338 nt of DNA from NCBI RefSeq assembly GCF_003334335.1, contig NZ_QOWQ01000215.1, one strand, 5' to 3'. The position numbers and the translations under genes are program-made. Positions 1 through 338 of this stretch are shown here, in pieces (within the stretch, counting starts at the first letter, position 1; each line of letters starts with the position of its first letter). Below the pieces are notes generated by a model. The model did not search any database and was not told the DNA's origin. It worked only from the letters and a program-made list of their open reading frames with translations. Origin of the DNA: Escherichia coli (GTDB taxonomy: Bacteria; Pseudomonadota; Gammaproteobacteria; Enterobacterales; Enterobacteriaceae).

Positions 1-338
1 CCATACAGCACGGCATTCACCGCCTGCATTTCTTCCACCTGGACAATGGCGTGCTCTTCCTGTTTGAGGTTATCGGTGATGATACGCAGACGACGGTAGG
101 TCGGGTCGTTCAGCTGCGCCGGATCTTCACCGGGAAGGCGCTCCACCGCCTGCTGGTAATTAAATTCGTGTTTCGGCTTGACGTAGCCCGGACGTAACAC
201 GCGGGTTTCACCACCACGATGACGCAGCACTTTTCCTTCAACAACCGGGGAGACATAGGCTGCCACCGGCGTTTTTCCGGTAATTTTGTCCAGCATCACC
301 TCTTCGGTGTGGAAATTCACCGTACGGCGGAAAAACAG
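1..338 (-). CDS. E: Major capsid protein, lambda gpE family (internal fragment, truncated at both window edges); N-terminus lies beyond position 338, C-terminal ~200 codons beyond position 1
   Basis: Seen in sequence: the reverse-complement frame with codons at + 336-338 down to 3-5 is open for all 112 codons; the other two minus-strand frames hit stops within the first ~35 codons, and all three plus-strand frames contain stops. Translation: LFFRRTVNFHTEEVMLDKITGKTPVAAYVSPVVEGKVLRHRGGETRVLRPGYVKPKHEFNYQQAVERLPGEDPAQLNDPTYRRLRIITDNLKQEEHAIVQVEEMQAVNAVLY. Established knowledge (recalled, not searched): lambda gpE residues ~26-137 read LFFRESYPFTTEKVYLSQIPGLVNMALYVSPIVSGEVIRSRGGSTSEFTPGYVKPKHEVNPQMTLRRLPDEDPQNLADPAYRRRRIIMQNMRDEELAIAQVEEMQAVSAVLK. 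The two are collinear with no gaps, about 66/112 identical. Codon usage (CTG, CCG, GCG, CGT preferred) is typical of enterobacterial genes and lambdoid head genes. Confidence 0.85.
   Translation of the reverse strand, partial: MFFRRTVNFHTEEVMLDKITGKTPVAAYVSPVVEGKVLRHRGGETRVLRPGYVKPKHEFNYQQAVERLPGEDPAQLNDPTYRRLRIITDNLKQEEHAIVQVEEMQAVNAVLY

Noticed and set aside
18-27. 10-bp direct repeat caccgcctgc at + 18-27 and + 144-153, spaced 126 bp apart
   Set aside because: Both copies are in the same reading-frame phase and encode the recurring tripeptide Q-A-V (fragment residues 63-65 and 105-107) with identical codons. It is a by-product of coding sequence and codon preference, not a repeat element or binding-site pair.
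122-125. Single GATC (Dam) site and a Chi-like gctggtaa at + 152-159
   Set aside because: One isolated GATC is expected by chance in 338 bp. The Chi-like string does not match the canonical GCTGGTGG octamer on either strand.
3-194. Antisense open stretch on the + strand (frame starting at position 3, about 64 codons before TAA at 195-197)
   Set aside because: It is the in-phase shadow of the minus-strand capsid frame, has no convincing start codon or upstream signal, and its translation has no recognisable similarity. The minus-strand frame alone is open across the whole window and has strong homology.
266-280. Short palindromic element ccgg-cgttttt-ccgg that could form a 4-bp stem hairpin
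   Set aside because: The stem is only 4 bp and the T-run sits in the loop rather than after the stem, so it does not resemble an intrinsic terminator. It lies in the middle of a conserved coding region, encoding G-K-T-P-V on the coding strand.
1-338. Initial impressions that the ORF might be a phage portal protein, a terminase, or a host housekeeping enzyme
   Set aside because: Comparison with my recollection of lambda gpB (portal), lambda gpA (terminase) and P2 capsid and sheath proteins gave no collinear similarity, while lambda gpE aligns gap-free over the whole fragment.
1-338. Possibility that the window holds a novel defence or accessory system
   Set aside because: Every base of the window is accounted for by one continuous structural-gene frame of a known family. 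There is no intergenic space, no second ORF and no repeat architecture that could carry an additional system.

Overview
The whole 338-bp window lies inside a single protein-coding gene on the minus strand, with no start or stop codon in the window. The one open frame (112 codons, + coordinates 3-338) encodes a peptide that aligns without gaps to roughly residues 26-137 of the phage lambda major capsid protein gpE, as I recall that sequence. About 66 of 112 residues match by hand alignment (about 59%), including the blocks YVSP(V/I)V, RxRGG, PGYVKPKHE, RLPxEDP, DPxYRRxRII and QVEEMQAVxAVL. The best reading is an internal fragment of a lambda-E-family major capsid gene from a lambdoid phage or prophage that is related to but clearly distinct from lambda. 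GC content is about 56% by hand count, and codon usage looks enterobacterial. I see no RNA gene, CRISPR repeat, mobile-element end, promoter or terminator. Nothing here supports a novel or undescribed system; it is an ordinary structural-gene fragment of a known family, and all identity claims rest on my memory of lambda gpE and need a database search.
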